35,889 bases of DNA from a virus (lineage: Duplodnaviria > Caudoviricetes), in the IMG/VR virus record IMGVR_UViG_3300037751_000446, positions 1 through 35,889 of that record. One strand, 5' to 3'. Both the position numbers and the translations under genes were made by a program. This document shows, piece after piece, positions 25,430 to 33,360 of this stretch. Below the pieces are notes generated by a model. The model was not told where the DNA came from and made no database searches. It saw only the letters and a program-made list of their open reading frames with translations. Within the stretch, counting starts at the first letter, position 1, and each line of letters opens with the position of its first letter.

Positions 25430-26296
25430 TTATGCCTCCACCCCCGCCACCGCCATCCGGTGGCCCTCGCACCATGCCTCAAGCGAATAACCCGCCGTCG
25501 CCTCACGCAGCGCTTCCGGGTCCGCCTGGCTTAACAGGGCCGTCTGCACTGCGCCCTCAAGCGACCAGAAGTCCCCTTTCCCATACCGCCAGATGCCGGG
25601 GATATCCGGAAGTTCGTCCAGCATCCCCACCCCGCACGGGATCACCACCTGCACCCCGCAGGCCAGTGCCTCAAGGGGTCCCGCTGGCCCGCCTTCGATC
25701 AGCGACGTGCAGACGTACACGTCCAGCCCCCGGTAAAAGTCGGGCATCTCCTCGTAGGGGAGGCGGCTTTCCGCCACCCCCCAGCCTGCTCCCGCCGCCA
25801 CGAAACTGTGTTTTTCAAAGAGGGCGTCCTGGGCGATCTGTTGGAAGAGCGTTTCACCCTTGCGTCCGCCCCGGTAAACCAGTCCGCTGGTCCCGATCAC
25901 CTGCCCTGCCCCCTGCCTTTTCCCCACCGGGGTAAAGTGCTCCCGGTCAATACCCAGCCGCACCTTCGCTGCCGGGCCGTGTCGTTCCAGTTTCTCAAGC
26001 GTCTGGTAGGCGGTGGCTATCCGCAGGCTCAACTGCGGGATGATCCCCTCCCATGCCTTCCGGTTGGGGGTGTAGTTGTAATCGTAATGAGTACACCAGG
26101 CCGCCGTGCTCAATCCCGCCATCTCCTCTTTCCAGAACAGGTAGCAGCCCAGGTAATTGAGGTCCGCCGCCGGGTCTGCCTCCGGTCCCAGCGTCCAGCC
26201 GTTCCCCTCCGCCAGCGCCCGGTTCAGGCGCGGGATGATGTGCTCGCTGTTCGGGCCTGTCTGGAAAGCCCAGGGGTTCACGATGTGGACGTGCAT
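25430..26296 (-). CDS. GT4-family glycosyltransferase
   Basis: GIDREHF, GRKG, LDVYVCTSLIEGGPAGPLEALACGV (EX7E). Confidence 0.88.
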   Translation of the reverse strand: MHVHIVNPWAFQTGPNSEHIIPRLNRALAEGNGWTLGPEADPAADLNYLGCYLFWKEEMAGLSTAAWCTHYDYNYTPNRKAWEGIIPQLSLRIATAYQTLEKLERHGPAAKVRLGIDREHFTPVGKRQGAGQVIGTSGLVYRGGRKGETLFQQIAQDALFEKHSFVAAGAGWGVAESRLPYEEMPDFYRGLDVYVCTSLIEGGPAGPLEALACGVQVVIPCGVGMLDELPDIPGIWRYGKGDFWSLEGAVQTALLSQADPEALREATAGYSLEAWCEGHRMAVAGVEA

Positions 26297-26299
26297 CAG

Positions 26300-27070
26300 C
26301 TACCCTCTCCGCAACAGGTCAATCAGTTCGGCCTTGCGTAAGCGGCCCGCCCCGATCATCCCGGCGGCTTCCACCAGTTCGCGCAGCTCGCTGACCGTCA
26401 TGCTCTCGTAGTCTGGGAGGTCGTCCGCGGACACGTCCACGGACGGCGTCTCTATCTCATCCAGTGCCGTCAGGTCCCCGTAGAACATCAGGAAGACCGT
26501 ATGCGCCCAGCGCCCGGTCGCTCCCCGCCCGGCGTAGCCCAGCGCCTTCGTCCCGTAAAGTGGGACTTCCTTCCATTCGTGGCGCTCCGGGTTCACTTTA
26601 TCCATGCGGTGGGTCGCCCCCATCTTCAGGGAGCCCCCCATCACCAGGTCGTCCAGCCAGTCGCTCCCATCATTCCACAGGGACTGCCCGGCAGGGAGTG
26701 TGATGTAGAGCGTCCCGTCATCCGCCAGCCAGCTTTTCAGCCTCTCAACTGCCGCCAGCACTTCTTTCGCGCCGTTCAGGTGGTCCAGCGTGCTGATGCA
26801 GATAATCCGCCGGTATTGGCGCTCCGGCTCGAAGGAGAACAGGTTGATGTTGTTCACGCCGGGGAGTTGTTCTCGCATGTCGATGACTTCATGACGGAAT
26901 GGACTGGGCAGGTAATGGGGCAGCACCGCCCCCACTTCGAGTGCGTCTTCCTCGTGTCCGTCCAGCAGGGCCAGGCCCACCGGCACTTCCACCGCCCGTT
27001 CGTTCAGGCGGGAGTGGTTGTAAGCCATGTCCATGTAGTCGTAGGTCCTGCCTCGTAATATAAAACTCAT
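26300..27070 (-). CDS. Class I SAM-dependent methyltransferase-like protein fused to a C-terminal Rho-N/SAP-like helical domain
   Basis: NERAVEVP, ALEVG, IICISTLDH, LADDGTLYITLP; tail MTVSELRELVEAAGM..LRKAELIDLL. Confidence 0.7.
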   Translation of the reverse strand: MSFILRGRTYDYMDMAYNHSRLNERAVEVPVGLALLDGHEEDALEVGAVLPHYLPSPFRHEVIDMREQLPGVNNINLFSFEPERQYRRIICISTLDHLNGAKEVLAAVERLKSWLADDGTLYITLPAGQSLWNDGSDWLDDLVMGGSLKMGATHRMDKVNPERHEWKEVPLYGTKALGYAGRGATGRWAHTVFLMFYGDLTALDEIETPSVDVSADDLPDYESMTVSELRELVEAAGMIGAGRLRKAELIDLLRRG

Positions 27071-28002
27071 ATCCATCGCTCCATCAGGGCTTCTATCCGC
27101 GCCCGGCTCGCCCGGAAACTGTATTCCTCTTCCACTACCCGGAATCCGCGCAGGCGCACTTCTTCATAATCTTCCGGGTGCTCCAGCAGCCGCGCTGCGA
27201 TCTCCAGCGCCCATTCGGGGCGGTAGGGATGGCACTCCGGGTGTCCGGTCACCCCGGCCCACAGGCTGCTGATGCAGGGCGTCCCTACCATGGCGCACAG
27301 CACCCCGTGCCGGTGATAGCTGTGTCGGGCATACAGGTCCACGCACAGCCGCGCCCGCGCCGTCATTTCCACGAACTCTCCAAAAGCCACCCGCCCCGTC
27401 CATTCCGCTTCCAGCCCTGCCAGCCGCGCATAGGCTTTCGTCTCCTCACGGGCGTCGGCGTAAAGCACCCGCCTTCCCGTCTCCCGCTGGATAAGCGCCA
27501 GGGCCGCCACGTTGTGGGCGCTGGCATAGGGTTCAAGCGGGTGATCCAGCGCCAGGATATAGTCCTCTTTTGCCATCTCCCGGTACGGTAGGAACCATTC
27601 ATCAGGCCCTATCGGGCTGGGCAGCCAGGCGCTCGGCTTGTTCAGCAGCGCCCCGTAGACCTCGCAGTCGTAGGGCGTCCGTCCGCCGATCAGGTCCGCC
27701 AGCGCCATTTCCTCAAACATGTGCCCCCACTCCCGGTGATAGAGCACCAGGTCAAGTGAGGGGTCCGGCATGACGATTACCTTGATTGCCGGGTTCCCCG
27801 CCTTGATGTCCCGGATAGGCCGAGTCTCCGACAGGTGGAAGAGGTTGACCATCAGGACCTGGTAGCCGCGCAGGTCCGGGACTGTCCCGTTCCAGCGCAT
27901 CGGCTCGCAGCCAAGCACTTCCGACCACAGGGCCACGCTCACGCTGTTGGTTTTTGTGTACTGTGCGCTCTGGTTCTCGCCCCACACGAAGCCGATCTTC
28001 AT
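27067..28002 (-). CDS. Divergent GT-B glycosyltransferase
   Basis: MKIGFVW start; ARARLCV..CAMVGTPCIS C-terminal Rossmann pattern; lacks EX7E. Confidence 0.7.
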   Translation of the reverse strand: MKIGFVWGENQSAQYTKTNSVSVALWSEVLGCEPMRWNGTVPDLRGYQVLMVNLFHLSETRPIRDIKAGNPAIKVIVMPDPSLDLVLYHREWGHMFEEMALADLIGGRTPYDCEVYGALLNKPSAWLPSPIGPDEWFLPYREMAKEDYILALDHPLEPYASAHNVAALALIQRETGRRVLYADAREETKAYARLAGLEAEWTGRVAFGEFVEMTARARLCVDLYARHSYHRHGVLCAMVGTPCISSLWAGVTGHPECHPYRPEWALEIAARLLEHPEDYEEVRLRGFRVVEEEYSFRASRARIEALMERWI

Positions 28003-29072
28003 CGCACCACCGCCAGTCCGATTCCCTCTTCGCCGAGCAGCATCCTGACCAGCTGCCCGATCAGCAGCGGCCCTACCAGGTCAAAGAAGGGGTCATTTTC
28101 TGCCGCCTGCCGCCGCATCGCCTTCCGCACCGTCTCCGGTTTTTCTGCCGTCACCCAGCGCCAGTAACAAAGGCACTGTGGGTGGTAAGGGATTCGCGCC
28201 GGGGGGCTGTCTTTGGGCCAGGGCTGCGCCTCGCTCTCTGCTGCGTAATCGTCGCAGATATCCGCCTTCGGATGGCTCCCCGAAAGCACGCTGACCAGCC
28301 CCTCCACGAAGGGGTTCATATTGGCCGCGATCAGGTCCGCCTCGCTGTGCGCCCTGGTAATTTCTGTCCGTGCCAGGCGCAGCGCGTCAAAACTCGCGTC
28401 TCGTCCGTAAGGACGGTTGGTCCTCAGCAGTTCCCGTCCCGGTATCAGTAAATCCTCCAGGTCCTTCGCCAGGTTGATCGCGCTCCGTCCCTCCGCGATC
28501 CCTTCCGCGAGCAGCAGGTCGATCCGCCTGCGTGTATCCCCGCTGATCTGCCACAAACGGTCCGAGAGCCGGTAGCCGCGTGGGTCCACCCAGGTGTGCG
28601 CCGCCTCGTAACTTGCCAGCGGGTTCGCCCGGAAGAGCGCCATTTCCTGGGTACGCCGCCCCGCCTGGAAGGGGTTCTGGCGGGCTCGCTGTAATCGCCT
28701 GAGTAGTTCCGGCTCGTCCCGCAGGGCACGCCGCATCATCGCCGCGTGCCGGTCAACCCCGACAAACGTGGCTGCCTCGATCCCCGCCCACAGTGTCCGC
28801 ATGTAGCGGGAGCGCGGGGTCACTTTGCCCGCGAAGGACACTTCAAACGCTGCCAGTCCGGTCCCGCTCGGCGTCAGGAACAGCGACGTCACTTCCCCTC
28901 CGATGGCCTCCCGCAGGCTCTTTTCGCGTCCCGGCTGGATGTTTCCATCCCCGCCTGCGGAGCGCACGATCAGCGCCGTCACCCGGTCGGCCAGCCCCCG
29001 GAAGAGGCCCGTCATGGCGGCCTCGTTCTCGCGCAGGACCTTCAAAAACTGCGCCCGGTAACTTTCCGCCAT
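27999..29072 (-). CDS. Minor head morphogenesis protein (Mu gpF / SPP1 gp7-like)
   Basis: LSDRLW, RLARTEITRAH, DICD, PYHPQCLC. Confidence 0.85.
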   Translation of the reverse strand: MAESYRAQFLKVLRENEAAMTGLFRGLADRVTALIVRSAGGDGNIQPGREKSLREAIGGEVTSLFLTPSGTGLAAFEVSFAGKVTPRSRYMRTLWAGIEAATFVGVDRHAAMMRRALRDEPELLRRLQRARQNPFQAGRRTQEMALFRANPLASYEAAHTWVDPRGYRLSDRLWQISGDTRRRIDLLLAEGIAEGRSAINLAKDLEDLLIPGRELLRTNRPYGRDASFDALRLARTEITRAHSEADLIAANMNPFVEGLVSVLSGSHPKADICDDYAAESEAQPWPKDSPPARIPYHPQCLCYWRWVTAEKPETVRKAMRRQAAENDPFFDLVGPLLIGQLVRMLLGEEGIGLAVVR

Positions 29073-30532
29073 CAGGCCGCCGCTTCCTGCTGGGCCGCCA
29101 GCGCTATTTGATTGTTAAAGTCCGCTGTGCTCCCCTCCGGGAACATCTCCTCGCGCTGCGCCTGGTTCTCGTCCCGCGCCCGCTGCACCTCTTCGTCAGG
29201 GTCTTCCACCATCCCCGCCTGCGTCAGCGCCGTCGCGTCCGTGATAATCCCCACCCCGTGCGCCCACTGCGTCCAGCGCAGCAGCAGGTCGAGGTCCTGG
29301 TCGGAGAGTTCGGGCCACTGGACGCTGACTTTTGCCGCCATCAGGCGCGGGTCGATCTGCGCCCGCGTCAGCAGCCACAATTCCACCAGCCCCCGGACAA
29401 AACCGGAAAGCCCCCGCTGTCGCGCCTCGATGTAGCTGGCGAAGGAGGGGGCCTGCGCCTCTGCGCTGGCCTTGCTGCTGGCTATCGCTCCCCCCCACAC
29501 GAACTCCGGGATGCGGATGTGGTCCAGCACCAGCAGGAAGAGCGCCTTGAGCGCGTTCCGGGCGTCGTCCGTGAAGCCCTGCGCCGGTCCCTTGAATTCC
29601 AGCCGCCCGCCCTTGCCGATCAGAAAGGCCGCATCCTTGTCGATCTTCAGCAGCTTGCGCGTTTCCGCGTTCCCCTCCTGGTCGGTATATTCCTCGTCCT
29701 CAATCGTGTCGTTCAGGTTGATCACGTCATCGAGATTTTCAAGGCCCTCGATGCTCATGAAGGGGTTGCCCAGCAGCTTCACCCCGTCCAGCATCTTGAA
29801 AGCCACGTCGTCATATTCCCCCAGCAGGGGGCGCAGCGCCTCGTAAATAGGCCGCCCGTACAGTTCATTCGTCCGCCGGTTGTTGGCCCGGTGCGCGTAG
29901 GGGATTCTCCCTTCGGTCACGTTCGCGTACTCCGTGACCTCTACCACCTGCGTTCCCTTCTTAATCGTCACCGTCCGCCCATCGGCCCGGTATTCATCCG
30001 TCACGCTCGCACCGCGCAGCTTCGTGAGGATCGTCACCTTCTCGATGATCCGGTAATCCAGCGGGTCGTGGCTGATCTCCACCGTATCGGGCGGCGGGAT
30101 GCTCAGGCTGCCATCCGGGTTTACGAAGATGAACTGGTCGCCCAGCGCCAGCGCGTCCTCTTCGATGCTCATCAGCAGGTCCGCGTTCTCGCTCAGGAAG
30201 CGGGCGATCTCGCCGTTCGTGTACTGTGCCTGCTCCGTCTCTTCGCCCTCCACCTCCACCGTGACGCCCCGCCCCAGTTCCCAGGAGGCGATCACCTCCG
30301 TAATCGGCTTGGCGAACAGCCCGCCCAGCGCGTAGCCTTTGGCCTTTCCGCTTCGCAGTCGGTCCCAGAAGGCGTAGTCGGGCCGCGTGCTGTCGTAGCT
30401 CACTACCGCATAGCGTGACCGGTAGATCTCCACCAGGCCCAGCGTGGCCCGCCCGATGATCTCCTTCGCCGTCCGCCCCCCCCGCCGCAGGCGGCCTATC
30501 AGGCCCTTAGCGGTATTTGTCTCGGCTGCCAT
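29072..30532 (-). CDS. Portal protein
   Basis: 486 aa after the terminase; LGDQF, YGRP, IPEFVWG, VQWP patterns. Confidence 0.85.
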   Translation of the reverse strand: MAAETNTAKGLIGRLRRGGRTAKEIIGRATLGLVEIYRSRYAVVSYDSTRPDYAFWDRLRSGKAKGYALGGLFAKPITEVIASWELGRGVTVEVEGEETEQAQYTNGEIARFLSENADLLMSIEEDALALGDQFIFVNPDGSLSIPPPDTVEISHDPLDYRIIEKVTILTKLRGASVTDEYRADGRTVTIKKGTQVVEVTEYANVTEGRIPYAHRANNRRTNELYGRPIYEALRPLLGEYDDVAFKMLDGVKLLGNPFMSIEGLENLDDVINLNDTIEDEEYTDQEGNAETRKLLKIDKDAAFLIGKGGRLEFKGPAQGFTDDARNALKALFLLVLDHIRIPEFVWGGAIASSKASAEAQAPSFASYIEARQRGLSGFVRGLVELWLLTRAQIDPRLMAAKVSVQWPELSDQDLDLLLRWTQWAHGVGIITDATALTQAGMVEDPDEEVQRARDENQAQREEMFPEGSTADFNNQIALAAQQEAAA

Positions 30533-31787
30533 ATAACCCTTGAGTCTTCACCCGGCGCACGGGCGATCCTTTTTTGCCTACCATTAGTTCGGTCAAAGCC
30601 CACACCAGCGCGTCCAGCCGGTTCGGGCTGTTCCGGCTATCGCCGGGGACCCAGCCTGTCATTTCCATCTCAAGGGCGCTGAACCGCCGCCCGACGTGGT
30701 GGATCAGCCCGCGCTCGTAGAGAGCCGCCACCGGTTCTGCCCGGATCGCCTTGCCCCGGCTGGCATGGATCGTCTTCAGGCTGGCGCTCTCTCCGCCCTC
30801 CACCGCCCGGATGGTGTGCTCCACCATGTCCCCGCCGAAGTTCGCCTCGGCGATGATCCGGTCCCCTTTGTGGCGTTCGTAAGCGCTCACCACTTCACTC
30901 CCCCAGGTCTGCGGGGAGCCTTGCAGCGAGGCGTCTTCCAGCACGTAGGCGTGACCGTCTTTTCCCAGTCCCGCCGCGATAATTCCGCATTCCGTCACCC
31001 CACCCGGCGGGTCCACCCCAACTACTACACGAATTAATTCAGGGTGACGGCTGGCCCGCATCTCCTCGATCAGCGCCATACTCCACAGCGCACGCGGGTC
31101 CTCGTCCAGGTCCAACGCCTCGATCTCCTGGCGGTAGGCCAGCGCCGTCATGTCCCCGGCGATCTCTTCCAGCGCTTCCGCGCTGATGTGCGGGTTTTCG
31201 TGGCTGGTGAAGTGGAAGGCTTCCCAGCGCCCACTCTTGTCCCCCGCCGCCCGTTTGAAGAGCTTTGCCGCGTGGCGAGGGTCCCTGGCCTGGGTCCGGC
31301 TCTTGCTGTTCAGGGTAGGGGGGGTGTAGATGAACACTGCGTCCCCATCGTTGTCCAGCAGCATCGGCGCGCCGACCTGCCCCCAGGCGTCCTCGTTCAT
31401 CAGTTGAAACTCGTCCAAGATCAGCGTGTCGGCGTAATCCCCGCGCAGCGTGTTGGCGTCCCAGGCCGTCTTGGCCCGGATGCGCTGTTCGCTGCCCGGC
31501 AGTTCGATGATGTGTCGCGTCTCGTTTTTGTAGAGCACCTTCGCCGCAATCGCCTCTCTCAGCGCCCGTTTGCACTCCTCCCAGAAGCGGTCGATCTGCT
31601 CCTGGGTGGGGGCCGCATAGAGCACCCGCCGTCCCTTCAGAAACTCCTCCACCGCCAGGATCGCCATGCCGGTGGTCTTCCCCCCGCGCCGCCCGGCCCG
31701 CACCACTTTGCGCTTGGCCCGGCTGTCAAGGAAGGCCCGCTGCTTGTTGTGCGGGTCCTTCAGATACACACTCAGTGTCGTGGTCAT
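30507..31787 (-). CDS. terL: Terminase large subunit
   Basis: Walker A AGRRGGKT, Walker B LILDE, nuclease VGVDP and PNRLDA; ATGA overlap with terS. Confidence 0.95.
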   Translation of the reverse strand: MTTTLSVYLKDPHNKQRAFLDSRAKRKVVRAGRRGGKTTGMAILAVEEFLKGRRVLYAAPTQEQIDRFWEECKRALREAIAAKVLYKNETRHIIELPGSEQRIRAKTAWDANTLRGDYADTLILDEFQLMNEDAWGQVGAPMLLDNDGDAVFIYTPPTLNSKSRTQARDPRHAAKLFKRAAGDKSGRWEAFHFTSHENPHISAEALEEIAGDMTALAYRQEIEALDLDEDPRALWSMALIEEMRASRHPELIRVVVGVDPPGGVTECGIIAAGLGKDGHAYVLEDASLQGSPQTWGSEVVSAYERHKGDRIIAEANFGGDMVEHTIRAVEGGESASLKTIHASRGKAIRAEPVAALYERGLIHHVGRRFSALEMEMTGWVPGDSRNSPNRLDALVWALTELMVGKKGSPVRRVKTQGLYGSRDKYR

Positions 31788-32266
31788 TTTTCTTTCCCGT
31801 AGACCACCTGGAGGATCACCTGCCCGTCTCCCGCTTCCTCGCTGAAGACATCCAGCGCCTTGCCCAGCATCTCCAGCGCCCGCAGCGGGTCGTGCAGTTC
31901 GATCCGTACCTGTCCCTCTTTGTCCACCCACAGCCGCCGGATCAGGCCCAGTTTCTTCGCCTGTTCCGCCCTGTGCAGGTCCACTTCCCAGTTAGACGGC
32001 CCGGTCACGCTGATGAAGTCACCCAGGCTGGACCGCGCCAGTTCCGCCAGGCGCTTGAGCACCTCGTCGGCCTCCATCGCGTGCTTGCCCAGCCGCGCTT
32101 CCACCTCTTCCCGGATGGCGGGCTTACGCAGGTTCTCGTACCCTATCCTGTTGGCGATCCGGGCCGAGTATCCCGCCCGCCGGGCCGCTTCGGCGGCATT
32201 CCAGCATTGCAGGTAGTGCTCAATAAAGGCCCGCTGCTTGTCGGTCAGTTTGCTTTTGTCGCTCAT
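31784..32266 (-). CDS. terS: Terminase small subunit
   Basis: LTDKQRAFIEHYL..NAAEAARRAGYS..ENLRKPAI. Confidence 0.92.
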   Translation of the reverse strand: MSDKSKLTDKQRAFIEHYLQCWNAAEAARRAGYSARIANRIGYENLRKPAIREEVEARLGKHAMEADEVLKRLAELARSSLGDFISVTGPSNWEVDLHRAEQAKKLGLIRRLWVDKEGQVRIELHDPLRALEMLGKALDVFSEEAGDGQVILQVVYGKEK

Positions 32267-32997
32267 CCCGCCAGCCCTTGCCTCGTCATCCAGCCCGCCA
32301 CCCACAGCGCCGCAAAGGGCAGCCAGGGCAGCCCCGCCATCAGCGGGATCGGGGCGCTGCCACTTCCATAAGGCGAACACAGGATGCTGGCCGTCATCGC
32401 CAGCGCCATCCGCCCCCGCTTCAGGGCGTAAAATCCCAGTGCCAGCCCGATTGCCAGTCCCCAGGGCCACCACCACGCCTCGTCCGGCGCGCCGCTCAAC
32501 TGCTGCGGCAGACCGTAGAGGGCCAGGGTCAGCGCCGCCAGCGCCAGGAGAGGCCCCACCGTGATCAGGAGTTTTCCCCTGCGCTGTGCCTGCTGGACGA
32601 TAATCCCCATCACCCAGACCGTCGATTGTGGCTTGGCGGAGAGCACGATCAGCGCCAGCGGCCCCGGCAGCAGGACGCCAAGCCACAACAGCGGTTCGAG
32701 GTTGCCCATTGCCAGTGTGAAGAGCACCGGCCAGCTCAGGAGGATCAGCGCCAGCCGCGCCGGGGGGATCCGCATCCGCCGTCCCCCTGCGATCAGCGCC
32801 CCGATGCTCACCAGCCGGAAGGCCGTCGGCATCCCTGGCCAGTCCCGCGCCAGGTAGAAGGGCAGCGCCAGCAGCAGTGCCCAGGCCGGGTTGTGAAAGC
32901 CCAGCGTCGGGTGAATCGGCGTCTGCCGGTAGGGGTTCAGCCCCGCCAGCAGCCAGTCAATCGCCGCCTCATATACCGCCCAGTCAACCATGCCCAT
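32263..32997 (-). CDS. GT87/DUF2029-like integral membrane (GT-C) glycosyltransferase
   Basis: GLNPY, FHNPAWALLL.LPF, GNLE, KPQ motifs; many TM segments; ATGA-coupled to terS. Confidence 0.72.
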   Translation of the reverse strand: MGMVDWAVYEAAIDWLLAGLNPYRQTPIHPTLGFHNPAWALLLALPFYLARDWPGMPTAFRLVSIGALIAGGRRMRIPPARLALILLSWPVLFTLAMGNLEPLLWLGVLLPGPLALIVLSAKPQSTVWVMGIIVQQAQRRGKLLITVGPLLALAALTLALYGLPQQLSGAPDEAWWWPWGLAIGLALGFYALKRGRMALAMTASILCSPYGSGSAPIPLMAGLPWLPFAALWVAGWMTRQGLAG

Positions 32998-33109
32998 CCC
33001 GTCGCAGGGGCGGACCCGTGTATCCGCCCGCATTCAGAGGGTGCTTTCGCTCCCGGTCGCTTTTCGCCCCATCTCGTCTATGTGTGTGGGCAGCTATGAC
33101 CGGACAGCA

Positions 33110-33143
33110 AAATGCCTCTGTCTACAGTGTGACAGAGGCATTT
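33110..33143. promoter_or_regulatory. Perfect 13-bp inverted repeat upstream of the late operon
   Basis: aaatgcctctgtc-N8-gacagaggcattt; abuts a minus-strand TTGACA (33148..33143). Confidence 0.6.
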
Positions 33144-33185
33144 GTCAAGATGTTGCACAGGATGTTACAACTACACGAAATAAGG

Positions 33186-33218
33186 GCGGGCGCTGTCCTC
33201 CGAATTGACAGCGCCCGC
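33186..33218 (-). terminator. Perfect 12-bp hairpin directly after the omegaRNA guide
   Basis: gcgggcgctgtc-N9-gacagcgcccgc, followed by CCTTATTT on the minus strand. Confidence 0.6.
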
Positions 33219-33220
33219 GC

Positions 33221-33360
33221 AATCAGGATAGTATAAGTGAACTCCTCGCGCACACGGGTGCAACCCTTCTGCTGGTTCTCAGGCAACGCACACTCCACTG
33301 AGCCACGTTAGCGCCTGAAGGCCCGTTCCGGGCCTCTCAAGGTTCAATTTACCGCCCTCG
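33221..33360 (-). ncRNA. TnpB omegaRNA (reRNA) scaffold plus about 16-nt guide; 5' boundary approximate
   Basis: AGGCCCG/CGGGCCT and TCAGGC..GCCTGA stems after the tnpB stop; right-end motif TCAC at 33240..33237; guide TTATACTATCCTGATT. Confidence 0.7.

Noticed and set aside
28793-30418. 541-aa plus-strand ORF
   Set aside because: Antisense shadow of the portal gene
31784-32686. 300-aa terminase small subunit with a long N-terminal extension
   Set aside because: The extension overlaps the GT87-like gene; the real start is ATG 32266 with ATGA coupling
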